The notes under the pieces: generated by a model
What the model saw: the letters and a program-made list of their open reading frames with translations, nothing else
Told to the model about the DNA's origin: nothing
Databases searched by the model: none
Shown: piece by piece, positions 26,876 through 36,796 of the stretch
How the letters are laid out: each line of letters starts with the position of its first letter
Numbering within the stretch: position 1 is the first letter of the stretch
DNA from: Acidobacteriota bacterium
GTDB taxonomy: Bacteria > Acidobacteriota > UBA890 > WLXD01
Length of the DNA stretch: 64,000 nt
Assembly (NCBI GenBank): GCA_963666215.2
Contig: CAXWPL010000002.1
Location: forward strand, 608,001 to 672,000
Direction of reading: 5' to 3'
Made by a program: the position numbers and the translations under genes

Positions 26876-27013
26876 CCCGTCGAATCCGTCGAGTCCGCCC
26901 GAATCGTCAACTCGGCACATCATCCGGTCGCGCGACGGGGACGTTCCAGACGCGCGGAGGCGAGCCTTCCAACCCATACCGCGGCCTGCGCGGTGCCCGC
27001 TGCCCCTCGCCCC

Positions 27014-27088
27014 CTCCGACATCCGCATGACGACACCGATGGCTCGGTTCCCAGCAGTCGGCTCGTGAACAACCTCTTCAGAGCTCAC
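27014..27088 (+). mobile_element. Decayed IS481 3' end / terminal repeat remnant
   Basis: ccgacatccgcatgacgacaccgatggctcgg...gtgaacaacctcttcagagctcac aligns by eye (about 3/4 identity) with the reverse complement of the IS481 end at 18525..18600. Confidence 0.7.
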
Positions 27089-27099
27089 CACCAGGCGGC

Positions 27100-28083
27100 T
27101 TATCCGACCAGCGATTCGAGCGCCCGCCTCACGGTCACCGCTGTGATCTGCTTGCGCCAGTACAGAGTCAGGTCGGCGTTGTCGAGCGGCGTGGCGTGAC
27201 GCTGGGCAGCTTCCGCAACGGCTTGTAGACGTTCGGCGGTGGGCTCGTGTCCGACGAGATCCGTGGCCTCGGTGACGACGACCGGGTGTGTATGGACGGC
27301 ACCCAGCACCAACGACGCCCCGGCGACGCGGTTTCCCTGCATGCGAATCGCTGCCGCCACGCCGAGAATGGGAAAGTCGAAGCTGCCTCTGCGGCGGATC
27401 TTGACGTACGTGCTGCGCAATCCCTCAATACGGGGCACGCGCACCTGCGAGAGCAGCTCGTCGGGCCGGCGACGCATGTAGTTGATGCCGTCGTCACGGT
27501 ACAGGTCGGCCACCGCGACGTCGCGCGAGCCTGCCGGGCCAACCAGTCGCACGCTGGCGCCGAGGGCGATAAGCGCCGGCGCCGTGTCGCTCGAGGAGAT
27601 CGCCCAGCACTTCGAGCTGCCGGGCGCCACCAGGCAGATATCGCCGTCCTTCTTAATGCAGAAGCCGATCGACTTCCGCCACTCGAAGGTCTGGTTGTAG
27701 TAGTTGCAACGCGTGTCAACACACAGGTTGCCGCCCAGCGTCGCCATCCGCTGGATTTTCGGGGTCGCGACCTGGCGGCAGGCCTCAACCAGAGCCGTGT
27801 GCTCGGTGGCCAGGCGAGGCTGCCGGGCGATCTGGTAGAGCGTCGCGCCACTGCCGAGAATCGCCGTTCGGTTGCTGTTGGTGATCGTTCTCATCTCGTC
27901 GATTCGCCGAATGCCTACGAGCACGGCAGGTTCGAACTGGCGGCGTTTCATGTTGGGCAGCAGGTCCGTGCCGCCGGCGACGAACATCGCTTCGTCGCCG
28001 CTCGCACTCGCGCTGCCGAACAGGTCGACAGCTTCGACGACGGTGCGCGCGGGCCGAAAAACAAACGGTGGCAGGCGCAGCAT
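27100..28083 (-). CDS. hcrB: 4-hydroxybenzoyl-CoA reductase beta-like FAD subunit
   Basis: AGGTDL, ATLGGNLC and the Cys-rich [4Fe-4S] insertion RCNYYNQ...C..KDGDIC...KC typical of HcrB. Confidence 0.8.
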   Translation of the reverse strand: MLRLPPFVFRPARTVVEAVDLFGSASASGDEAMFVAGGTDLLPNMKRRQFEPAVLVGIRRIDEMRTITNSNRTAILGSGATLYQIARQPRLATEHTALVEACRQVATPKIQRMATLGGNLCVDTRCNYYNQTFEWRKSIGFCIKKDGDICLVAPGSSKCWAISSSDTAPALIALGASVRLVGPAGSRDVAVADLYRDDGINYMRRRPDELLSQVRVPRIEGLRSTYVKIRRRGSFDFPILGVAAAIRMQGNRVAGASLVLGAVHTHPVVVTEATDLVGHEPTAERLQAVAEAAQRHATPLDNADLTLYWRKQITAVTVRRALESLVG

Positions 28084-30571
28084 CAGGGGCTCTCCCGATG
28101 TTCGCAGTTGGGCGAACCCTTGGCGCTGCCCGGTGGCTCCGCATCGACTCGACGGATCGTGGGCACGTACGCCTCCGGCGGCTGGTCGTACCACACCGGA
28201 TCAACGCGGATCGGATCGGGCCAGATCACGTTGGGCACCCTGTTGGGTCCGACCCGCGACTCCTTACCGGCGGCCTTACGCTCGAGACCGCGGAGCACCT
28301 TATCGGGCGTGATCGGCAGCTCGTCGATTCGGATCCCGACGGCGTCATAGATCGCATTGGCGACGGCCGGAGGCACGGGAAGCAACGGACCCTGGCCGCA
28401 CTCCTTCGCGCCGAAGGGCCCCTCACCATCGAGACTCTCGACGAGGATTGTTTCCACCGGCGGCATCTCGAGAAAAGTCGGGCTCTTGTACTCCAGCATC
28501 GAGGGGAACTTGTGGAGCCCTTTCCTGTAGGTCTGCTCCTCGAGGAAAATCTCGCCCAGCGCCATGTAGACGGATCCTTCGACCTGCCCTTCAACCAACA
28601 CCGGATTGATGGCGCGCCCACAGTCGTGAGCGATCCAGATTCGCTGCGGCGTCACGATGCCGGTTTCGACATCGACATCCACTTGGGCCGCTGCACACGA
28701 ATACGAGTAGGCGGGCGAAGGGCCGACGCCGGAGCCCTTGTAGGGGCCAGCCAACCGATTCGGACGGTAGAAACCCGTGGACGAGAGCTGGCCGCCACGC
28801 GCTTCGGCCAACGGCACCGCTTCGCGAAAGCTCATTGACTTGCCGGTGCGGGCGTGCACGATCATGCCGTGCGCGGCCGCGAGCTCCTCGGGCGAAACCT
28901 CCAGCTTGTTCCCAGCGGCCTCGAGAATGCGCTCGCGCAGTTTCTCGGCAGCCTGCTTGGCGGCGTTGCCCATCATGAACGTTACCCGACTCGAGTAGGA
29001 GCCCAGGTCGATCGGCGTGGTGTCGGTATCCGCGGTAACAAGTTGAATCTCGTCGGCCTCGATACCCAGCACCTCGGCGACGGTCATCGCCAGCACCGAA
29101 TCAGAGCCCTGCCCGATGTCGATCTCCATGCATTTGGCGCACACTCCACCGCCTCGGTCGATCTTCAGGTCGACCGAGGTGTGTGGCATGTCGTTCCAGT
29201 AGATCGGCAGGCCGGCGCCCGAAAGGTACGAACCGCAACCCATGCCGATCCCCTGCCCGTACGGCAGCTGCCGACGCTTGCTGGCGAAGTCGGACGCGTC
29301 GCCCACCGCTGTCAGGCATTCATCGAGACCGCACGAGGTGACGCGCATGTGATTGACGGTCATCGAGTACTCGTCGACCAGGATCGAGCGCCGATACTGC
29401 AGTGGGTCGAGGTCGAGTTGCTCGGCGATACGGTCGAGATGAATCTCGAGCGCGTAGCGCGGCTGTGGCGTGCCATGGCCCCGCTTCGGTCCGCACGGCG
29501 CCTTGTTGGTGAAGACGCGCAGTCCGCGGAAGCGATACGTCGGAATCTTGTAGGTGACGGTTTGCAGTGCACCCGTGTAGTAGGTGCTGGCAACGCCGTA
29601 GCTGCCGTACGCCCCGCCATCGACGAACGACTGGAAGTCGAGGCCCAAGATCTTGCCGTCGTCGTCGACGCCGGTCTTGACCCACATGAGCACCGGATGA
29701 CGACCGCGGTGCATGTAGAAGATCTCTTCGCGCGTGAGCGTGATCTTCACCGGACGACGGCACATCATCGACAACTTCGCGGCGCAGAACTCGTGCGGGA
29801 AGGGGTCAGACTTGCCGCGGGAAGGGGTCAGAAAGCCACCGCCGTTCGGCGTGGCGATGACGCGGATGCGCGAGGTTGGCAGCTCGAGCACCTTGGCCAT
29901 CGCCTTGTGTACGTAGTGCGGTGTTTGGGTCGACGACCACAGCGTCAACTTGCCGTCGGCGCCGTAGTGGGCGAGCGCGGCGTGCTGCTCGAGCGCCAGA
30001 TGTGTGTTGCCCTCGTAGAAGTACATCCCCTCGAGGACGTGAGGTGCCGCCTCGATGGCGGCATCGACGTCGCCGAACTCGAGGTGCACCTGCTTGTGCA
30101 CGTTGCCCGCGGCCTCAAGAGCGCCGTAGTCATGGATGCGGTCGGCCTCTTCGACCGGGCGCAGCGCTTCGTCGATCGACATTGCTGTTGGCAGCTCCTC
30201 GTAGTCGACCTCGATGAGCTGCAGCGCCGCCTCGCAGATGAACTCGTCGGTGGCCGCTACAACGGCGATGGGATCGCCAACGAACCGAACCTTGTCGATC
30301 TCGAGCGGGAACTCGTCTTCGCTCACCGGCAAGATGCCGTACTTGTGCGGCAGGTCGATACCCGTGATGACGGCCTTGACGCCAGGCAGAGCCTCCGCTC
30401 GACTCGTGTCAATGCGTTTGATCCGCGCGTGCGGGCGATGGCTGCAGAGCAAGCGCCCGTACAGCATCTGCGGCAGCTGCATGTCGTCGGCGAAGAGGGT
30501 TCGCCCGTTGTCTTTCCGAGTCCGTCGACCTTGGGCAACGGCTGGCCGACAACCGAGAGCTTCTCAGCCAT
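28083..30571 (-). CDS. hcrA: 4-hydroxybenzoyl-CoA reductase alpha-like molybdopterin subunit (frameshift near 30500)
   Basis: N-terminus MAEKLSVVGQPLPKVDG in ORF 30323..30571; body with STQTPH, RGHG, IGQGS, SSRVT and GAKECG. Confidence 0.8.
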
Positions 30572-31195
30572 CGCTGACGCCCTCCGTTTCGCCCGTCTGC
30601 AAGTTCTGCCGGATCTCTCTGGGCGTTCCGCGCTTGCCTTCGATCGGAATCAACTCGGCCTCGTCCGGCGGCGCTGCGGCACGACGGCGTTGACGATGGG
30701 TCGCGTTTTCCTCACCGGCCGACCGACGGGTCTCGATGCGATCTGCCGCAAGCTCGACCGCCTCCAGGATCTTGATGTAGCCCGTGCAGCGGCACAGGTT
30801 GCCGGCCAGCCATGCCGACGTCTCGGACTGTGTGGGTCGCGGGTTCTCGGCGAGCAACGCTTTTGACGCCATCAGGATGCCCGGCGTGCAGTAGCCGCAC
30901 TGCGCCGCGCCGAGCTCGGCGAAGGCGATCTGCAGCTCGTGGTGCCCTGCTGCACCGCGGAGACCTTCGACAGTCTCGATAGCGGCGCCCTGAACGTCGA
31001 GCGCCAGTGCCAAACACGACAGCACAGGCTCGTCGTCGATCAGCACGGTGCAGGTTCCACACTCGCCGAGCTCGCAGCCGTGCTCGTGCCGGTCAGGGCG
31101 AGGTCTTCGCGCAGAACCTCGAGCAGCGTCTTCTGCGGCTGCACAAGGAGCTCGTGCGCTTCGCCGTTGACCTTCAGAGCCACGTGGGCCTTCAA
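30564..31195 (-). CDS. hcrC: (2Fe-2S) subunit, HcrC/CoxS-like (frameshift near 31085)
   Basis: GCELGECGTCTV, QCGYCTPG, NLCRCTGY. The N-terminal VNGEAHELLV...LREDLALTG is in another frame starting at TTG 31195. Confidence 0.8.
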
Positions 31196-32016
31196 GTTGT
31201 AGCTCCGGCATCGTCGGTGGTGACACCAAAACGGGGCGCCCGGCGCTCGCGAAATGCGCGCAGGCCCTCGGCCAGGTCGTCGCTCACGAACAGATCTTCC
31301 TGAGCCTCAGTCTCCGCTGCAAGGCTGGCCTCGAGTGAGCCCGTGAGTCCCTTGCGCAGGAGTCGTTTGGTTTCGCGAACCGTATCGCGCGGCGCTCCGT
31401 AGGCCAGCGCGATCTCGGTGGCTCGGCCGAGGAGATCTTCGGCTTTGACCACCTCGTGGACGAGTCCTATTCCCCGCGCTTCGTCGGCGTCGACGCGGCG
31501 CGCCGAGAGGGTCAGGTCGAGGGCCCGCGCGTACCCCAGCAGGCGTGGCAGCCAGTGGCTGGCGCCCCAATCGGGCGCCAGACCGATGCGTGACCAGCTC
31601 GCCGTGAAGCTCGCCTCTCGCGACGCGATGCGAATGTCGCAGCCGAGCGCCAGCCCCAGACCTGCCCCGGCAGCGACGCCGTTAACCGCGGCCACCGTCA
31701 GTCCCGGAAAAGCTTGCAAAGCGAGAACCACGTCGGCTCCCGCGTGCAAGAGCTGTCGAAAGCCCGCTTCATTGTCGTGGCTGCGCAGGTCGGCCATGCG
31801 ATCCAGGTCACCACCGGCGCAGAAGCCCTTCCCTGCGCCGGTGATGATCAGTGGCCCGATCTCGGGCCGCGCCGCCGCCTCGGCGATGCCGGCGCTGAGC
31901 TGCTCTCGCATGGACCCGGCCAGAGCATTGAGGCGGGCCGGACGACAGAGCGTCACGTACGCCAGCCCCTTGTCGAAGCGCAGCTCAACGGAGCCTTCAG
32001 GATTGTCGTTCGGCAT
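31192..32016 (-). CDS. Enoyl-CoA hydratase/isomerase family protein
   Basis: FCAGGD, AAVNGVAAGAG, GLAPDWG. Confidence 0.9.
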   Translation of the reverse strand: MPNDNPEGSVELRFDKGLAYVTLCRPARLNALAGSMREQLSAGIAEAAARPEIGPLIITGAGKGFCAGGDLDRMADLRSHDNEAGFRQLLHAGADVVLALQAFPGLTVAAVNGVAAGAGLGLALGCDIRIASREASFTASWSRIGLAPDWGASHWLPRLLGYARALDLTLSARRVDADEARGIGLVHEVVKAEDLLGRATEIALAYGAPRDTVRETKRLLRKGLTGSLEASLAAETEAQEDLFVSDDLAEGLRAFRERRAPRFGVTTDDAGATT

Positions 32017-32103
32017 ACCCGGGGAACTTTCGAAAACATGGAAAGGATTCGGCGTGGAGGGTCTGCGTGTCTCCCGGCCGCCGGATGGGACTCGGCGTCG
32101 ACA

Positions 32104-32338
32104 TCAGTCGACGCGCTCGAAGAGTACGGACGTTAGGGCCGGCCCCCGCCTGTCGGGCGTGGCCGATGATCACCTCATCGACCTTGGCTGACCCAGCTCC
32201 CGACAACCCGGCACGGCGCACGCACTCGGCGATCGCGTTCGCCCCCAACTGCACGGCACTGAGCGATTTGAGTCCGCCGCCGAACCTGCCGATCGGTGTT
32301 CGCACCGAGGCGGCGACGTAGATCGGCGGTAACGTCAC
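32104..32338 (-). pseudogene. Thiolase with a large internal deletion
   Basis: RTPIGRFGG...GHARQAGAGPN is joined near 32131 to a thiolase-like C-terminus SVLFERVD* in another frame. Confidence 0.75.
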
Positions 32339-32351
32339 TCTCGTCGGGCCC

Positions 32352-33833
32352 TCAGGCGCTGAGGTCGACCCAGATGTTCTTCACCTGGGTGTAGTACTGC
32401 AGGCTGTGCACGCCGAGCTCGCGTCCGAAGCCGCTGGCCTTGTAGCCTCCGAACGGCGCCGCCGGATCGTAGCGGTTGTAGGTATTGACCCAAACGGTTC
32501 CAGCCTTGAGTCGATGAGCCACACGGTGCGCGCGGCCAATGTCACGCGTCCATACGGCCGCCGCGAGTCCGTATCGATTGGCGTTGGCCTGCTCGATTGC
32601 GTCCTCCTCGTCGTCGAACGCGATCGTTGCCAGCACAGGCCCGAAGATCTCCTCCTGTGCCAGGCGCATCGAGTTGTCGACCTGGTCGAAGATTGTCGGT
32701 TGCAGGAAGTAGCCCCTGCCGTTGTCGGCAACTTGGACCCGCTCGCCACCTGTGCGCAGCCGAGCACCCTCCTTTTTGCCGATCTCGATGTAGCTCAACA
32801 CAGTTTCGAGCTGCGACTTCGAGACGATTGCGCCGAACCGTGTCTTCGGATCGAGCGGATCGCCCGGACGAAGTTTTTCTGCCCGTTCCACCACGCGATC
32901 GACGAACTCGTCTGCCACCGACCTCGCCACCAGCAGCCGCGAGCCGGCGGCGCAAACTTCACCCTTGCCGTAAAAAATGCCGATGGTCGCGCCCTTGACC
33001 GCGGCATCGAGATCGGCGTCGTCGAACACGATGTTCGGAGACTTACCACCCAGCTCCAGCGTCACGTGCTTCATGCTGTCGGCAGCCGACCGCATGACAC
33101 CTTGCCCGGTATCGGTGGCTCCGGTGAACGCGATCTTGTCGACGCCGGGGTGCTCGACCAACGCGTTACCCACCACCGATCCACGGCCGGTCACGACGTT
33201 GAGCGCGCCTGCCGGGAAGCCGGCCTCGTGCGCCAGCTCAGCGAGCTTGAGCGCCGTGAGAGGCGTGTTGGTCGCCGGCTTGAGCACCACGCTGTTGCCC
33301 ATCGCCATGGCTGGAGCCACCTTCCACACTGCCAGCAGCAGCGGAAAGTTCCACGGGGTGATGGCCGCGACGACACCCAGGGGCTCGCGCAATGTGTAGT
33401 TGTGCGCCGCGGCGTTCACCGCGATGGTCTCGCCGTGCACCTTGTCGGCCCAGCCCGCGTAGTACTGGAAGATCTCGGCGCACATCGGGATTTCAACGTA
33501 GCGCGACTCGGTGATCGGCTTGCCGTTGTCGAGCGTCTCGAGGAGCGCGATCTCCTCGAGATTCTCCTTGATGAGCTCGCCCAGCCGCCAGAGAAGCTGC
33601 ACGCGATTGCGCGGCGACACCTTTGACCATTCGCCGCCGTCGAAAGCGGCGCGCGCGGCTGCCACGGCGCGGTTGACGTCACCCGTGCTCGCCGATGCCA
33701 CCTCGGCCAGTACGTCTTCGGTTGCCGGGTTGCTGGTGGCGAACGTAGCGCCACCCTCGGCATCGCACCATTCGCCATCGATGTACAGCTGGCCGCGGAT
33801 GGACGCGATTACTTCCTCGACGCTCAGGCCCAT
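32352..33833 (-). CDS. Aldehyde dehydrogenase
   Basis: ITPWNFP, LELGGKSP, GEVCAAG, EEIFGPV, PFGGYKASG. Confidence 0.95.
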   Translation of the reverse strand: MGLSVEEVIASIRGQLYIDGEWCDAEGGATFATSNPATEDVLAEVASASTGDVNRAVAAARAAFDGGEWSKVSPRNRVQLLWRLGELIKENLEEIALLETLDNGKPITESRYVEIPMCAEIFQYYAGWADKVHGETIAVNAAAHNYTLREPLGVVAAITPWNFPLLLAVWKVAPAMAMGNSVVLKPATNTPLTALKLAELAHEAGFPAGALNVVTGRGSVVGNALVEHPGVDKIAFTGATDTGQGVMRSAADSMKHVTLELGGKSPNIVFDDADLDAAVKGATIGIFYGKGEVCAAGSRLLVARSVADEFVDRVVERAEKLRPGDPLDPKTRFGAIVSKSQLETVLSYIEIGKKEGARLRTGGERVQVADNGRGYFLQPTIFDQVDNSMRLAQEEIFGPVLATIAFDDEEDAIEQANANRYGLAAAVWTRDIGRAHRVAHRLKAGTVWVNTYNRYDPAAPFGGYKASGFGRELGVHSLQYYTQVKNIWVDLSA

Positions 33834-33926
33834 CGCCTGTGCCTCCGTTGACGTTCTCGAGGGTGATTGAGCAGCGCTCGCACACCGGATTGTCTGGACT
33901 AGCAGGGTCGAGCTCAGGAAGTCGAG

Positions 33927-34694
33927 CTACCGACCCTTGAACTCGGCCTTGCGCTTTCCAACGTAGGCGGCGATGCCTTCCTTGGCGTCTTCAGAGATGA
34001 ACAGTCGGTTCTGTAGCTCGCGTTCGAGCGCCAAGCCGCCGTTGAGCGGCAGTTCCATGCCCTCCTTGATGAGGCCCTGTGCCATCGTGGCTTCGCTGGC
34101 CAGTCCCTTGGCGAACTCCATGGCCGCGGCCACGACGTCGCCGTCGACCACCCGCGTAAGGATGCCGTACTCCAGCGCCTCCGACGGCTTGAGAAGACGT
34201 CCGGTGACCATCAGGTCGAGCGCGCGACCTCTACCGATCAACCGCGGCAACCGCTGCGAGCCACCCGTTCCAGGCAGCACGCCGAGCTTGACCTCGGGCA
34301 GACCGATCATCCCGGAGTCGCTGCCCATGAAGCGCATGTCGCAAGCGAGGGCGATTTCGAGACCGCCGCCGACACAGTGGCCGTTGAGCGCGGCGACGAT
34401 GATCTTCGGCGTGCGCTCGAGCTCCTGCAGAGTCTCGTTGCAGTGCAAGCAGAACATGCTCTTGGCACGAGGCTCGGCCTCGTTGAGCATGCCGATGTCG
34501 GCTCCCGCGGAGAAGAATTTCTCGCCGCCGCCAGTGAGCACGATAACGCGCGCGTCGTCATCGACGCGCAGCTGGTCAATGACCTCGTCAAGCTCGTGCA
34601 TGAGCTGGGAGTTATAGGTGTTGCCCGGCTCACGACTCATCGTAACAAGGGCGACGCCGTCGTCCGTTTTGACGTCAAAAATCTCCCAAGCCCT
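33927..34694 (-). CDS. Enoyl-CoA hydratase/isomerase family protein; expected start codon reads AGG
   Basis: FFSAGADI, HCVGGGLEIALACD, LPEVKLGVLPGTGG. AGGAG plus a 7-nt spacer precedes AGG at 34694. Confidence 0.85.
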   Translation of the reverse strand, partial: RAWEIFDVKTDDGVALVTMSREPGNTYNSQLMHELDEVIDQLRVDDDARVIVLTGGGEKFFSAGADIGMLNEAEPRAKSMFCLHCNETLQELERTPKIIVAALNGHCVGGGLEIALACDMRFMGSDSGMIGLPEVKLGVLPGTGGSQRLPRLIGRGRALDLMVTGRLLKPSEALEYGILTRVVDGDVVAAAMEFAKGLASEATMAQGLIKEGMELPLNGGLALERELQNRLFISEDAKEGIAAYVGKRKAEFKGR

Positions 34695-35069
34695 GAAACT
34701 ACTCCTATCCTTCAGAGATGCGTATCTCTGGAATCTTCGGGTCTTCGGGAACTGGAATTCGCGTTGAGAATTCGAGCCGACCGTGGCGCGCGGAGGGCGC
34801 GCGACAGGCGAGCCGTGCGGAACGGATCGAAGTCGGTGCGCGCGGCCGGCCACGGCCCAGATTAACACCGGCCGGAGACCCCTTCAAACGCGTCCGGGAG
34901 CCCTCGTGCTGGACACAGGAAGTCTTTGCTAGTGCTAGATTCAGCTCCCCATTGCGCGGCTCGCCCAGCTCGCTGCTGGTCTGCCAGCTCTACAGCGCCG
35001 TCGAATCGTCGGATTACGGATCTCGTAAGACACAAGACCTCACAGGCACGGACAGGAACCCATAGCCCG

Positions 35070-35357
35070 ATGCAGGAATCGACCACTAGAATGCGTGTGA
35101 AAGTCGTGCGTACGCCCGGCGAGCTTCGCGACACGATCGGTCACAAAGTCATGGTCCGGAAGGACTGGCTCGGTACGGTGACGAACAGGCTGTCCGACGA
35201 CGAGTTGACAGAGGCGGGCTTCCATCCGAAGAGGCACGAGGCCGTCTACCTCGTGCTGTTCGACGCTTGGGAGCAGCCCCTCGCGCTTTCCGCCGCGCAT
35301 CTCGTGGAAATCCACGAACAGACCGCTGACGAGGGCAAGGGCGACGCTGCCATCTAG
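35070..35357 (+). CDS. Hypothetical protein
   Basis: Protein-like 95-aa ORF filling the gap between genes. Confidence 0.5.
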   Translation: MQESTTRMRVKVVRTPGELRDTIGHKVMVRKDWLGTVTNRLSDDELTEAGFHPKRHEAVYLVLFDAWEQPLALSAAHLVEIHEQTADEGKGDAAI

Positions 35358-35364
35358 CGGACTG

Positions 35365-36561
35365 CTAGCGCTCCTCGCGACTAGCCGCCGTGCGCGCCTT
35401 GCCGTTCCGCCCGACAAGCCGGCGGTGTTCGCGTAGCACGAACCGGTCCGTCATCCCGGCAACGTAGTCGGCGATGGCGATGTCCTCGCCGACGTTGTCG
35501 AAACGCCCGCGATGTCGTTCGGGCAGAAGCTCGGGTCGCGCCGCGTAGGCCGCCAGCAGTTGCCCCAGTATCTCGCCCGCATGCGCCATCTGCTTCGCCA
35601 CGGGGTCGCTGCGATACAGGCGCTGCGTGAGAAAAGCACCGAGCTCGCTCATCTGGCGGGCCACTTCGTCGGGCAGCCGGCACAGACGTTCGGGGCAGCT
35701 TCGAACCTGACCGAGGGTCTCGATGCCGTGCTCGAGAATCTGCTGGCGCGTCCCCTCGATGAGCGCGGTGACCAGGTGGTCGAGCAGAGCTCGGATGGTC
35801 TCGTTGAATCGCTGACGCTCCGTCGCCCCTGGCGTGGCAGCGCTCACCTTGCGATGAAAGGTGGCGAAGACACTGACCTCGTCGATGATCCCGGGAATGT
35901 CGAGGATATGGGCTTCCAGACCGTCGTCGATGTCGTGCACGTTGTAGGTCACATCGTCCACGAGATCGATCAGCTGCGCCTCGATCGGCGGCTGCCTGTC
36001 GGGGTCGAACTCGACGAGCTCCTGGCTCTGGAAACGGACGTAGCGGCTGCTGTGCTTGGCGATTCCCTCGCGCACTTCGAACGTCAGGTTGAGCCCCGGG
36101 AAGGCGGCGTATCGCTCCTCCAGCCGGTCGACGATGCGCAGCGCCTGCCGGTTGTGCTCGAAACCGCCGTTCTCGCCCATGTGCTGGTCGAGCACGCGCT
36201 CACCAACATGGCCGAACGGCGGATGTCCCAAGTCGTGAGCCAGCGCGATGGCTTCGCTCAGCGGCGCTTGCAAGCGCAGAGCACCGGCCACGGTACGAGC
36301 AAGCTGAGTGACTTCGATGGTGTGCGTGAGCCGCGTCCGGAAGTGGTCGCCCTCGTAGTTGGGGAACACCTGGGTCTTGTACTCGAGGCGTCGGAAGGCG
36401 CGCGAATGGATGATGCGATCGCGGTCGCGCTCGTAGCAGTTGCGGTAGGGGTGCTCGATCTCCGGGACTCGCCGACCCCGACTGCTTTCCGTGGTCACAG
36501 CGAACGGCGCCAAGCCCGAGCCGTGCACTCGACTGTAGATCTTCGCCTCGGCATCCAGCAT
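35365..36561 (-). CDS. dgt: dGTP triphosphohydrolase
   Basis: RDRDRIIHSRAFRRL.YKTQV, RTRLTH, HDLGHPPFGH, FEHN, DYVAGMTD. Confidence 0.93.
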   Translation of the reverse strand: MLDAEAKIYSRVHGSGLAPFAVTTESSRGRRVPEIEHPYRNCYERDRDRIIHSRAFRRLEYKTQVFPNYEGDHFRTRLTHTIEVTQLARTVAGALRLQAPLSEAIALAHDLGHPPFGHVGERVLDQHMGENGGFEHNRQALRIVDRLEERYAAFPGLNLTFEVREGIAKHSSRYVRFQSQELVEFDPDRQPPIEAQLIDLVDDVTYNVHDIDDGLEAHILDIPGIIDEVSVFATFHRKVSAATPGATERQRFNETIRALLDHLVTALIEGTRQQILEHGIETLGQVRSCPERLCRLPDEVARQMSELGAFLTQRLYRSDPVAKQMAHAGEILGQLLAAYAARPELLPERHRGRFDNVGEDIAIADYVAGMTDRFVLREHRRLVGRNGKARTAASREER

Positions 36562-36796
36562 GGCGTACCAGACTAGTACGATCGCACCCCCTCCGACCCC
36601 ACCGCCACGGGCTCGCCTTGTTTCCGCCGCCGATCCGAGCGAACATCCGCGCGCCCCGAGGGCACGTCGAGGACGCCCGGCGCGATCGAACGTGGCAGCC
36701 CCCTCGTGGAAACGTCTGTTCCGCCTGCGGTTGAGGCGTGCTCCATAGCATCGCTTTGCTGGCCATCGGCCAAACACCCAGACAAGGAGATCCGCC

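Noticed and set aside
28854-30866. Long antisense ORFs (e.g. 670 aa here, 437 aa at 2968, 466 aa at 43510)
   Set aside because: They are shadow frames opposite real genes, caused by high-GC codon bias.
34711-34774. Short hairpins upstream of the crotonase gene as a riboswitch
   Set aside because: Only small inverted repeats (cagagat/atctctg) and no recognisable aptamer; possibly an operator.
35365-36561. dGTPase as an anti-phage system
   Set aside because: It is a short housekeeping-type Dgt in a core-gene context.
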